The position numbers and the translations under genes are program-made. The notes below the pieces were generated by a model. The model was given only the letters and a program-made list of their open reading frames with translations, had not been told where the DNA came from and searched no databases. From contig OX597816.1 in assembly GCA_951406725.2 (NCBI GenBank), positions 51,398,001-51,462,000 on the forward strand: a stretch of DNA of 64,000 bases, read 5' to 3'. This document shows positions 12,426 through 25,384 of the stretch, piece by piece (within the stretch, counting starts at the first letter, position 1; every line of letters starts with the position of its first letter). This stretch comes from Octopus vulgaris. Taxonomy: Eukaryota.

Positions 12426-14683
12426 CTCCGTACAAGGAATGGAGTATAATCTTGAATAATATTCCAAAATTTCTCAAATTTGCATAATGTTAGACCACAC
12501 TCTGACTTGGGAGCTGATTGAATAAATCGAAAATTAGCATATAGATTGTGTGAAATGTGCTTGTTAAGTTCTGTGTGAACAGGCCTATGATCAAACGCTT
12601 CGTAGCCATGAATTCGATTTGATCAATGTAATCGATGCATTAAATGACCTTAGACTTGATCGAGCAGAATTATAATTGAAGTCATTCCAGCCGTGACTAT
12701 GCCATTCTTCCTAATCAAAAATACAATACATATAGATGCCCATAATCAAATGTGTCCCTTGCTTAGAAACTAAAGTGTGACATGGACATTTCGCTGCATT
12801 TTGCAGTAGGTCAATCATTAATTACTACTTTAATTGTTTTAATGTGTCAAACTGTATCTGATATATCGAATATTTCAATGGATTAAATCACATTCAAATA
12901 GCGTTACCTGCGTAAATCATAACTTATTTAAATTATTGTGAATTTTCTTCATCAAAAATAAACGTGCGTTAGCATTTCACATAGTCCCGTTTATAAGAAA
13001 TATTTTATTCAGCTCTAATATATAGGAGACAGCAATTCAGAAAGAGATTTAATTTACTGACAATCTCAAATTTTGAAGACTCGTATTTTAAAACTAGCCG
13101 TAAACCTAAACAATAATCGTAAATATACACAATTTTCTTCAGTAAATATCCCAAGAGTAATTCATATTACTCACTCACAACCATTAATCTAACCAGTATG
13201 TCAATGCTTACATTCTAACACTAATCCCTAAACATCATCCTTGACACAACATCTATCACAATATCTTATTCCTACACTTATCCTCAATCATAATCTTAAG
13301 TTTTAAACCGGATTGCTAACCCTAACTTAGAAACACTAACCCCCAAATGTTAAACCCAGCCCGAAATATTATTCCGACGTTAATTTTTTATAGAATTGTA
13401 ATCTCCCTTGTTGTCGACATATATCTGATTAAAATAAAATAAAGTTACTTTTAGTAGCTTCTCCAAAGTGGAGATTTCGAAGAGCAAATACAAAAAAAAA
13501 AAAAAAGTAAAATTAAAAAGAAATTGTTTATTTTCATCTTCGGAATTGTAATTTACGACGTTCATAACTTTGAAACTGAAAGTTATTTTCGAACAAATTA
13601 CAAATTAAGAATTTACTCAGGCGGTTCTTGAACTGATAGTCTGCGAAACGAAATTAAAGAGCGTCGGAAGTACCAAAATTGTGCTACTGTATGAACGTGA
13701 AGCATCCAATATACTTTAAAGTATAATTGTGCATCGTTTCCTCAAGTATCTACCTGCGAGATGATCTAACAGCTAGGTGGCTTCAAGTTGTTCAGAAAAT
13801 CGCTGGTTACTTCACAGTTTCTTTAATGCCCAAAGCAGTGTCTACATATCATAACCAATTTCATCATCGTGCAACATTGATTCTCTATATTCACTTGAAA
13901 ACATAGATACGCAGACACCCATACACACTCACACACGCACATTATACACACATAAATACTCAAACCACTACCAATATCCCCACGCACACAAACACATACA
14001 CACTCATATGCATATATATATAAACTCGTGCACAATGTTCATACATATGGATATTTGTGTATGTGTGTGACTGAAGGTCTGAGTGTATAAGTGTGTGAGA
14101 GTGTGTATATGAATGTAAAAGTGCGTATGGTGCCGTTCGATCATTAAAATTCTTGTTACTTAATATTTTTCGCATTTTATGTTTCTTTTCGCCCTTGTAT
14201 TGACCTTAGTTCTGGGCATGTGGCCAGCACGAATCCACTTCGCTTTAGCTACTTATTGAGGTATATTTCTAATTAATATCTTTCTATTCGTCTCCATATA
14301 TCTACTTCTATCTTTCAACAGGTTTCTCTTCCTCGTCATATCGGAATGATCTGTTCTTCTGTGTCATCCTCTGACTTTCATTTGAAGCTCTGCTTAAATA
14401 TACCAACATATATTTTATGAATATCACATAGATTGTTAAACGCAACAAAGAAGCGATATTTTGTTTATAGAAGTTTCTTTTATAGACGTATAGTGTTAGA
14501 AAAACAATATACATCAAAACTAAGCGATTTTGTGTTACCTTAAGTATACCTTTCAGGTGTACTGTTTAGTTTCAACAGCATTTATCTTTGAAGGGAACTC
14601 CCTTAGACGAAATACTGCATCTAAAGGTCTTTCGCAACACATTTACAATTAGTAAATAATATAGTACTACATGTAACACTAAC

Positions 14684-15025
14684 GTGGTGAAGGTGCCTCA
14701 CTTGATGCTCATGGTATTCGGCCCACGGCCGTAGGGTCGTGAGACTGATTCCTGGCGGCGCATTGTGTTCTTGAGCAAGATACTTTCTTTTACGTTGTTC
14801 CAGTCCACTTCTAGAAATGATTAGTACCTGTGTTTTGTATCACGCGTTCCACTTCCACCTGTCAGCACAGCTTGGACACCTTCTGTGATGCTTAATATCA
14901 TTGAGAACTACATCAAATGTAAGCGCGTCGCTCTGCCACACGCACATTATTTTCACGTGCAGGCTATTCCATTGATCGAAGCAACTGGAACATTTTTCGA
15001 CTTAACCGACGCAGTGCCAGTACCC
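14684..15025 (+). mobile_element. Diverged tRNA-derived SINE
   Basis: tRNA-like head, then TTGTGTTCTTGAGCAAGA(T)ACTT and CCAGTCCAC core resembling the SINE at 58819. Confidence 0.55.
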
Positions 15026-15540
15026 AAGCGTTATAATCGTTTATTTCTCCTTACACACGCAGTATACACAACACAGTAAAATTCTTGTAAATTATACAAA
15101 CATTCACTTCTCCTTTCGGTCACTTACCCACCACAACTTCACGCATTTCACGCACATAAGCATAAATACTCCGGATACTCATAATAGCTCAATACCACCA
15201 TGCTGGAGCACCGTCTTTAGTTGAGCGAATCGATTCCAGGACTTAATCTTTGTACGCCTAGTACATATTTTATCGGTCTCTTTTGCAGAACCGCTAAATT
15301 TACGGGATCGTAAACACACTTTGACACATACACTCGGTGTGTGAACATGCAAACTACATAAAATAACACTCCACTTACACTAGCAAAATGCACATGTAAC
15401 CCTTTGACACCCACGCATAAAACCCTCAATTCTCACGGATATACGCATCTACAGAGAAACACAATACAACAGCACCTAAACCCACCTTTCCACATTCATT
15501 CTTCACACACATCCACAAATACACATGCACACACTCTCAT

Positions 15541-15948
15541 TTTACTCTTTTACTTGTTTCAGTCATTTGACTGCGGCCATGCTGGAGCACCGCCTTTAGT
15601 CGAGCAAATCGACCCCGGGACTTATTCTTTTTGTAAGCCCAGTACTTATTCTATCGGTCTCTTTTGCCGAAACGCTAAGTGACTTGGACGTAAACACACC
15701 AGCATCGGTTGTCAAGCAATGCTAGGGGGACAAACACAGACACACAAACACACACACACGCATATATATATATACATATATACGACAGGCTTCTTTCAGT
15801 TTCCGACTAACAAATCCACTCACAAGGCATTGGTCGGCCCGGGGCTATAGCAGAAGACACTTGCCCAAGATGACACGCAGTGGGACTTAACCCGGAACCA
15901 TGTGGTTGGTTAGCAAGCTACTTACCACACAGCCAGACCTGCGCCTAC
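15541..15948 (-). mobile_element. Full-length tRNA-derived CORE-type SINE (octopus OR/OK-like) with internal (TA)/(TG) repeat
   Basis: Minus strand: GTAGGCGCAGG..GGCTGTGTGGTAAG (A box), GGGTTAAGTCCC (B box-like), TCTTGGGCAAGTGTCTT (CORE-like), tail GAAACAAGTAAAAGAG. Partial relatives at 4500-4710, 5900-6075, 8462-8510 and 15195-15330. Confidence 0.8.
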
Positions 15949-17102
15949 ATTTTCACACACACACATTTTCAAATCTTAACTTAACATTCCAACATTAAAA
16001 GGAAACGCTTTCAAATTGTCGTGTATATCTCTGATACAGTTATACAGACATCGATACTGGCTGCCTTGTTTTATCTGAATACAATTATTCCCGGATATAC
16101 ATAATACCTCAATACGTCCTAATGATACGGTAATTTGCAGGAATTTGTTTGTACATTTCCGTACTTCGGCTTTATTTGACAGCTTTAACTCACGATTTGT
16201 CTTCTACCCCTTCAAACTGTCAATTCTGCTTCACCGCTATTCAGTGCTTAGTTTAAAAACAGTCACCCGCACATGCTTATACAGATGCACACGTTACTCC
16301 CACCAACAAAAATTGCTTAGCACGTTGACCTCCACCTCAAACAATCCACTCTGTTTTTAGTGAAGTCTAATTTCCCGGCCGTTTTTATTTTATATTGCCG
16401 CTTGCACTTGAATCTGACATCTGGCTTCTCAATCCTTCATCACACTTGATGCTTCTTCGACTATTTTACCAGCTTCCTCATCACAATTATTTCTCAGTGG
16501 ATTTTATCATTTGCTTTTACCAACAAACATAGATGCACGACGAAACACTGCGTGTGTTTTATCATTGTTTTATCATTTTTCTCCCCTTCACAAAAGTCAT
16601 AAACTTTTGCCTATGTTTCAGTTATCACTTAATCCTTCTCATTTTATCATGAAGCGTTTTCACAGTAACGCTTATTTTTCTTATCATATCTTTCTTCCTC
16701 TACATTCATCAATGAAATTATTTTCGCACACGCATAAGCGACCACACATCCTTACGTTTACAAATGCTCAACAAATACCCAACAACATTCTACGAAAGCC
16801 TATACAAAAGCCCAACAACCAACCCACAGCCCAACTAATCACCAACATTGTTTACAAATTTGTACACCTTTATACACACATGAACCACTCGCACATGCCA
16901 GCATGCGGACACGAACAATGCTCCTTACGGATGCTTCCGGAAAGACACGCTTTTGCTTGCGTCTATGCACTAACCCTACTTCCTTTTAAATTCCGTGAGA
17001 CTACAACAATGCCACCTTCTCTCTAAACCTTCATCGATTATGCCTCGAAGAACAGCAAAGCAAATACATAGAATACTTGACAAGCAGATAGATTTACACA
17101 TG

Positions 17103-17180
<78 letters not shown>

Positions 17181-17232
17181 TGTGTGTGTATGTATGTATG
17201 TATATATGTATGTGTATATATATGTATGTATA

Positions 17233-17304
<72 letters not shown>

Positions 17305-17538
17305 TGTATGTATGTAGTTATGTATGTATGTATGTAGTCTAATTCCCTGTCGTGAAGTATAAAAGGACTTTTTCACCTTATCGTAGTACGCTACGGGAAA
17401 AATCGACAACAACCACACCAATAAACCACAATTGTTACTGGAAGTTGTTTTTTTCATATTTTCTTCGGACTGCTTGCAACTCACTTTCAATTGATATATA
17501 TGTGTGTATATACATGTGTGTTTGTATTAACCGAATAT

Positions 17539-17617
<79 letters not shown>

Positions 17618-17639
17618 CATGGAACAATTCATGCTCAGC

Positions 17640-17835
17640 CTCAACAGGAAAACCAGTACCTGAATTCCACAGCGAAAGTGAGTGGATGACATCGTAAAAA
17701 CCATGAAGCCCAACAAATAGTATGCGGCTGGCCACATCACGCGACTGAAGGACGACAAACGGACAACTAGAATTTCATAAGAGACACTAAAACAAGGGAG
17801 AACATCAAGAGGTCGATGAAAGACAAGATGTAGAA
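17640..17835 (+). mobile_element. RTE LINE fragment
   Basis: Translates as 'VDDIVKTMKPNK*YAAGHITRLKDDKRT..GRTSRGR*KTRC', similar to the RTE motif W.GH..R..D.R..R.RGRP..RW. Confidence 0.6.
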
Positions 17836-17847
17836 TTGATCTGGCGT

Positions 17848-18160
17848 ATTTTTAATGCGCCCTTTTCAAGCCTAGCCAGGCTCATGGGCTCGGTTTCCCG
17901 GTTTCTGTGGTGTATGTGTTCCCCACAGCTGGACCAGACGCCAGTCTATCACAGCGTTACCCAAGAAACACGAAGAAAGAATGAGAAATTGTTGGGGCGA
18001 ATGAGTACAAAGGGGCCGTCACCACCCCCTGCCAGAGCCTCGTGGAGCTTTTAGGTGTTTTCGCTCAATAGACACACACAATGTCCGGTGTGGGAATCGA
18101 AACCGCAATCCTCCGACCGCAAGTCCGCTCCTCTAACCACTGGATCATTGCGCCTCCACA
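17848..18160 (-). mobile_element. tRNA-derived SINE with V-domain-like segment
   Basis: Head TGTGGAGGCGCAATG..CAGTGGTTAG, B box GGTTTCGATTCC; shares the 3' tail GAGCCTGGCTAGGCTT.AAAAGGGCGCATT with 58819-59075. Confidence 0.8.
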
Positions 18161-18245
18161 TCTAATCTATTACCTACATAATAAAAGAAGGAAAATTCAC
18201 GTAGTTTACATAATTATTTTTATATTTTTCAATATATTTTATAAG

Positions 18246-19430
18246 TAAACGAGTATTGGGTTTGTCGGCCAGTTTCGCTTTCGCTAATTACGACATTGAA
18301 ATTAATGTAATATCGTATTTTCTTAAGAGGATTTTAATCCTTGCTGTGTATTGGGCTTGTAAATGAAAGGAATCAACAGGTAGAAAAATCAACGGTATAA
18401 TTGGTGATCGTTATCATCCGGACACAGGAGACAATTGCTCATTTTAGAGCAATTGAAAAGGTAAATAAGTATACAAAAATTCAAGAACTAAAGTAATACC
18501 ACACACTATCTCAAAACACTACTATTTATATCAATGCACATCCTTAGAAACAATGAGGCATACAGCACTATATTACAAAATTTACCTATGCTCACTAGGG
18601 ATCGAAAAATGAACAATATTTTGAAAATATAAATTCATCAAATGCAAAAAGCAACAGAAATCGCTGAAAAGACTTCTGACAAATGCGAAGCTTTACACAA
18701 CAACTACAACCAATGGTTAAATAATGTGGACGTCCAAACTATAGAACAGGCGCGAAATTCTTGTTCAAAGAAGGAGAGAAGTTCATAATTAAAGCCAACT
18801 TCACTTGTGTCTCCGAGAATCTAATTTTTGTTATAACTTGTTCAGGTTGTGGACATAACTATGTAGGACAGACAAGTATGGCACTTAGACGGGGAACCAC
18901 ACTAAATAAGCAATATATTCGTTTACCACAGTACAGAGAGATTCCTTTGAGTGAGCACATAGAGATGTACAGGTAATATCCAACCAAACTTCACAGTTAT
19001 CTCTATCTCCCAGTGCAGAAATATAGTTTCTATGCAAGAATATTTAAACAAAGAAAATATATTTATCGAAAAATACTGAACACAACTAAATATGAACGCA
19101 TAACCAGCTTTGACCTCAGTATATATTTTAATTCATGTTCAAATACACATCACTGTAAATATAATATCTCACTACTTTAGTTTTTGAGGTTTGTATATTT
19201 ATTTACCTCTTCCCCCACAATGAGCAGTTACGTACCTTGACCCGAATAATAACGATCATCAACTACCTCCCATATATTATTCTACCTGTTGATTCATTTC
19301 ACTCACAAACCCCGATACACGACATAGACTAAAATCTCCTTAAGAAAATACGATATTACAATAATATCAATGTCATATTTAGCGAAAGCGAAACCGGTTG
19401 ACAAGCACAATAATCGTTCACTAACAAAAA
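18246..19430 (+). mobile_element. Penelope-like element 3' fragment (GIY-YIG endonuclease) with inverted pseudo-LTR
   Basis: ORF 18761-18976 'FTCVSENLIFVITCSGCGHNYVGQT..LRR..LSEH', then 'KENIFIEKY*TQLN'. 18246-18345 is an inverted copy of about 19325-19425. Confidence 0.85.
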
Positions 19431-20779
19431 TATATATATATATAAATGTATCAAAACTATGTAAACTGTGTGCATTTTCCTTCTTTTATTATATATATAT
19501 GTGTGTGTGTATGTGTGTGTTTGTGTGTGTGTGTGTGTATGTGTGTGTATGTATGTATATATCTTTACATTACAAATGACTACGTGGGGATAATTGAAAT
19601 TCTCATCCTACTTTTTCTTACTATATACATACACACACGTACATACACACACATATATTCAACTGCATACATGAGTGGGGGTGAGTGAGGGATAGTGAGT
19701 GAGCGTGCGTGTGTGTGAGTGTGCTTGTGAGCATGTATATGTTTACATTTGTATTTATATGGAATTCCTATTAGTAGTTTACCTGAAATATATCGAAAAA
19801 ATTATATTATAAAGTAGAAGATTAAAGCTATTATATTGTTATTACGTTCCGTTCGATTATCCATGCAACAATATCCCTAATCTGCCTTGCAAATCGCGTA
19901 GCTAGAATTACTTATGTTAATAGAATTATATTTTCATTATGATCAACATTTTCGTATCATTTTCGTAACCATTGTATTCAATATAATCATAATCATTACA
20001 ATAGTCATTGCCTACTTATATAGCATAAGACATAACATCGTAATTATACCCATCATTATTATTATAGTATAGTATCACCGACATCGCGGTTGTTATAAGC
20101 AATACCTGTAGCATTACGAAGTGTACTGAGCATTGGTATTTTCATAAACATTCGTTCGTAGCATAACAAGAAAAAAATGTTACCAATGAAAACACAGTCA
20201 TAGGAATATGTTAAACGATTTCACTATGTAAGAAAACGTATGAAGAAAAATAACAGCTAAATTGCTGACTTTAGAAGAAATAGGTATTCGTTGCAAAAAA
20301 CACCTGCTTTGTGTATAGATATATATTATATGTTAAAAGCGGAACAGTTTTAAAAGAAATTGTAAAATGCTATGAGAATGAATGTATTCATATAGTATGC
20401 ATATTCGACATACAAAAACTTAAATTTATATATTCATAAACATAAAGAAAATCTGTTGATGTATAACTTTAAATATGCACAAACGAATACACACATACAT
20501 AAGTATGTATAGATAGATAAATATATGTACATCAGTATTATGCATGTATACGCATGTATGTATGAATATACGTGTGTTTGTATGTATGTATGTATGTATG
20601 TATGTATGTATGTATGTATGTATGTATGTATGTATGTATGTATGTATATATGCAAGCATGTATGTATACGTAAGCTCAGATATAAGGACAGTAATAAAGA
20701 ACATTGTACAGAAACACTTTTATTGCATTAAACCTTGTCTTTCGAGATGTTCATATGTATGTGTGTGTGTTTGTGTACA

Positions 20780-20795
20780 GAGATAGATATATAGT

Positions 20796-20894
<99 letters not shown>

Positions 20895-21000
20895 GTAGAG
20901 TAACAGGTAGATAGATAGGTAGATAGATAGGTAGATATATAGGTAGATAGATACGTAGATAGATACGTAGATAGATAAATATATATATATATATATATAT

Positions 21001-21092
<92 letters not shown>
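20780..21092. repeat. (GATA)n microsatellite
   Basis: Seen directly. Confidence 0.95.
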
Positions 21093-21093
<1 letters not shown>

Positions 21094-22196
21094 ATGTCTA
21101 TGGATGTAATAATGGTGTTTTGAATGTGTGTTCTGATGCCCTCTTACCTGATTTAGATTCATAACTGCTGCTTGAATCGACCTTGGCATTCTATGCGATT
21201 GACTTCCCCAGACAGTTACCATTCAATGGACAGTTGTCACAATTTTCTACTGTTGCATTCTGTTTGTTGACTAGCTATTTGGTGATCTCTTCTATTCAGC
21301 TTTGCTTCATTATAATCGCTCATATAACGCCTGAGAGTCTTGCAACCTGAATAACGAATCTTAATACAGTTCCTATTCAATATTTTTTCTATACATATGC
21401 CCTGGAAGAAGTTGATCTATATAATTAAGAAATGCACTAACTATATTAGCTTGTACTTCTAGGTAAAATACTGGGTTTTACCATGAAATGTTTCTTTTAC
21501 TATTCGTATCCTTACCCAGTTCATTTCCGTGTTTCTAGATTCTCACCTAATCATAGATCTCACAATTTCTTAGCTCCTCATTACAAACCAATAATAGCAT
21601 CTTTGTAGGAAGATAATGAGGATAAGCGTTAAATAAATTTGTCAGCCAAGTTCCTCAGAATAAAATATAGGTGATTCAGTTGTAATGTATGTATTTTAAT
21701 TTCTCAATTACTTTATGCTATTGTCCTCAAACTGTCATTATCCTGTCTTAAATTTGAGTCAAGAAATTTCCCGGCAATATGGTTCGTATGAACAGTAAAA
21801 CTAAGTCGTATTTCCGGAAATAATTTAATGACATTTTTTGCGAAATTTTTCCTAACTTATGACCCTTACAATTTCTCGATAGAATCAGACCATTATCACT
21901 ACTGTGCATTTCAGGAAATTTGATTCTAAGCAAATTCAGAATATATAACCTTATAATTTTGCTCACTTGCGAGACATTATATGCACCTATAAACACGCCG
22001 AATAATTCGTCAGCGCTTTTCTTAATCTATGTATCGTTATTGAAAATTAGGAGTGATTTTCATGAGTTTTTAAACGCTGCAATCTCCAGCTCAATTAATA
22101 TCAGTGATTGCTTTTGCATAATCTAGAGCTTTCATTAACAAATATACCCTAACCGTCCGAACTACAAAGTCACACGCCTCCACACACACACACACA

Positions 22197-22249
<53 letters not shown>

Positions 22250-22314
22250 TGATAAAAACGTAAGATAACAAAAGAAAGAAAGATACCTCGATATTATGTA
22301 AATAGAGGAATTTA

Positions 22315-22516
22315 TCTGTAAATGTAATATGTGACAATTATTCGCTAGCCATGATAAAACTATGAGATTCGGATGCCGAGGTCGAAATCTCTTCGGTTAT
22401 CCGGCCATGGATGGCCGGATAACTGGAGAGATGGTGTTGTGGATTTCCCCTTCGGCATCTGAAACTCAGTGTTTTATCATGGCTACCGAATAATTGTCAC
22501 ATATTACATTTACAGA
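22315..22516. repeat. ~200-bp imperfect palindrome (head-to-head PLE-type repeat) with degenerate hammerhead arms
   Basis: Arms TCTGTAAATGTAATATGTGACAATTATTCG... and ...CGAATAATTGTCACATATTACATTTACAGA; centre GTTATCCGGCCAT-GG-ATGGCCGGATAAC. Confidence 0.8.
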
Positions 22517-22679
22517 AATATATATATATATATATATATTACGGAGATGTACTCGCATAGCAAATAATTTGATCTGAGATCGTGTGCTGAAACGAAAATA
22601 ATTGCAGCGTGGAAGGTGTTTATAAGCCATTTAAGAAACACACAAAAGCCGTTCGATTCACTTCAACATTTAAGTTTAA

Positions 22680-22729
22680 TTTGTCAAAATATTTTCGTCG
22701 CTAAAATCCGCGACCTGTTCACTGACAAA
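22680..22729 (-). ncRNA. Minimal type I hammerhead with G3-C8 swapped core (GUGAACA)
   Basis: Minus strand TTTGTCA-GTGAACA-G-GTCGC(ggatttta)GCGAC-GAAA-ATAT-TT-TGACAAA; 7-bp stem I; palindromic stem III AATATT. Confidence 0.7.
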
Positions 22730-22757
22730 AATCCGTGCTGCATCCACACACACCCCC

Positions 22758-22842
<85 letters not shown>

Positions 22843-22900
22843 GTATTGATAAAAACGGTAAGATAACAAAAGAAAGAAAGATACCTCGATACTGCGGATA

Positions 22901-22950
22901 TTTGTCAGTGAACAGGTCGCGGATTTCAGTGACGTAAATATTTTGACAAA
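22901..22950 (+). ncRNA. Second G3-C8 hammerhead copy, likely inactivated (GAAA changed to GTAA)
   Basis: Inverted copy: about 22600-22735 matches 22895-23030. Confidence 0.55.
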
Positions 22951-23031
22951 TTAAACTTAAATGTTGAAGTGAATCGAACGGCTTTTGTGTGTTTCTTAAA
23001 TGGCTTATAAACACCTTCCACGCTGCAATTG

Positions 23032-23098
<67 letters not shown>

Positions 23099-23814
23099 GA
23101 TATTATTAGTTAGGTATATTTGAAAAAGGAGATGAACGACTTGAATGGCAGTCCTAATCAATTTACTTTTCTAATATTATATATTTTTACAGTATGGCTT
23201 TTATATCTTGCAAGTTCTTTGTTACATTTGGAGGGGAGATATTATAAAGAATCCTTGTTAAATTTTCTGGAGAAATTTCTCGCATTCGTTGGCGGCAATT
23301 GTCAAACAGATCTCAGGTTGTGTTGTTGTTTGTGAATCTATATATAATACATTTGGGTATGTCTAGGGTGGGGTGGGATTTGTTAATAGTTTATTTATGA
23401 AGGAGTGTTGATGAACAAGAGCTGAAAGAAAATGGTGAATAGTAAAAATAATATAATTGAATAAAGGTGGAGTTGTGAGGTGGAATGGCGCTGAAGGAGT
23501 GTGTTACGAAGGGCTTGTGAGCGTCTCCAACTGTTGGTTCTATTTCAGTGGATGAACTGTGGTGAAACATTTAATGGTCAGATATTTGTCAAATTCTCTT
23601 CTGGCTAAATCAACTACCTTTATTTCATAAAGAGAAGCTTCAACAATTTTCAGTTAAAGATGAGTTTAGGTGTGTGTCTAGGGAGAGTTAATGAAGAGTA
23701 TGATACATGTCTTCTGATAAAAAGGAGGTGATAGCAGATGGAGAAAATATATAAGGTTAGTTTGGGAATTTTTGCTGACAGAAATGTATTTTTTATATTG
23801 CATACTAGCAGAGA

Positions 23815-24380
23815 TACCCGGCGTTGCTGGGGTTTAAAATACACAGATTTTCTAAAGTCAGGATTGAATAAGATAAATGTTCCAATTGACAACTGGGAAG
23901 ATTTAGCACTTTGCCGAGTAAAAGAGAAAACGTGTTGCGTATGAAGGCAAATATGAATTCGAAAGGAAGAGAATGGAGCATGCAAAGATCAAAAGAAACA
24001 TGAGAAAAAGTGACAGGAATGATGTTCTAACAAGCATTAATAAACGCAATGATCTTACATGTGTTGAATGTGGAAAGATTTGCCTTAGGCTAAACGGCCA
24101 TATGAAATCACACATTCCACAACCGCACATTGATTATAGATGGACAGATGATTTCGAATGCATACTGTGTCATAAATTATGCAGAACAAAGTGTGGCTTG
24201 GGAAAGGCATAGTAAATTTCATGGAACTGTAAACTATACAATCATCAAGTTTTCTTGGACTAATTGTCAAAAACCATGCAAGTCTTTGGCAGGTCTGAAA
24301 AACCATATTCGTGCAGCTCATCGATGATATTCTAGGCAATGGCTCTACTCGAAATCGAGTTGGCAACCATCATACGGTGT
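23815..24380 (+). mobile_element. RTE LINE 3' fragment ending in several C2H2-like zinc fingers
   Basis: 'LKYTDFLKSGLNKINVPIDNWEDLAL', 'FERKRMEHAKIKR', 'LTCVECGKICLRLNGHMKSH', 'FECILCHKLCRTKCGL', 'CQKPCKSLAGLKNHIRAAH'. Confidence 0.8.
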
Positions 24381-24381
24381 G

Positions 24382-24470
<89 letters not shown>

Positions 24471-25319
24471 TTTTTGCGTGTTTATATGTAGGGATATAAA
24501 TATATGTGTCAGCATGATCTCCCACAACCGCCTCTCCCAAACCAATAAAACAAATACATTTCTATCTACAAACGTTCCAAAATTAGCCTTATATTTTTCT
24601 CTTTCTGCTGTCACATTCCTTTTATCAGTAGACATGTATCTTACTCTTCATTATATTGTTAGAATATAGAATAGTAAGTTGATTAGCACTCTCAGTGAAG
24701 TTACTCTTTTCCTTTATCAAATATTTATATATTATATATGCGAAGCCTTCCACTATTACCTAGCTTATACTTACATGATGCGACAACAATACATTGGTTG
24801 AAAAGACGCGGCAATCCCAGACTCTGCGTGATCTGAAGTTAAACATGTGCAACAACGCCTCGTTTCACGTATTCATCACCAAGATGACAGCAATGTGTAG
24901 GTAAATGGCTGGATGAATTCTGATAATATTCAGAACACGATATCAAGAAATCTTGTTGGTTTTATGGACGTTTCTTTGTACTGAGCCCGCTGTATCACTG
25001 ATCTCAATGTCAGTCACCCCACGGTATCTGAATATGTGTGCAACTTGACGCAGTTCAGCAGTGGTACACCAGGAAGATTGCATCAATGGAACAGCTGAAC
25101 TACTAGTATTGGCTAAAAGAGGTGCGACTCTACTCTCTGAAGTCAAGACGGAAGAGGTGTGCAGTGATATACGTATATGATTTTCTGGGGTGGTTGGTTC
25201 TAAACTGTTCCGTAAAACACTATAGTGACCCCCGAAAAGGACATCACTGCACTCTTACGTGATGAACCCATACATCACATCACATCAAGAAACTGAAAAC
25301 AGTGCAGCAATGTTACACA

Positions 25320-25384
<65 letters not shown>

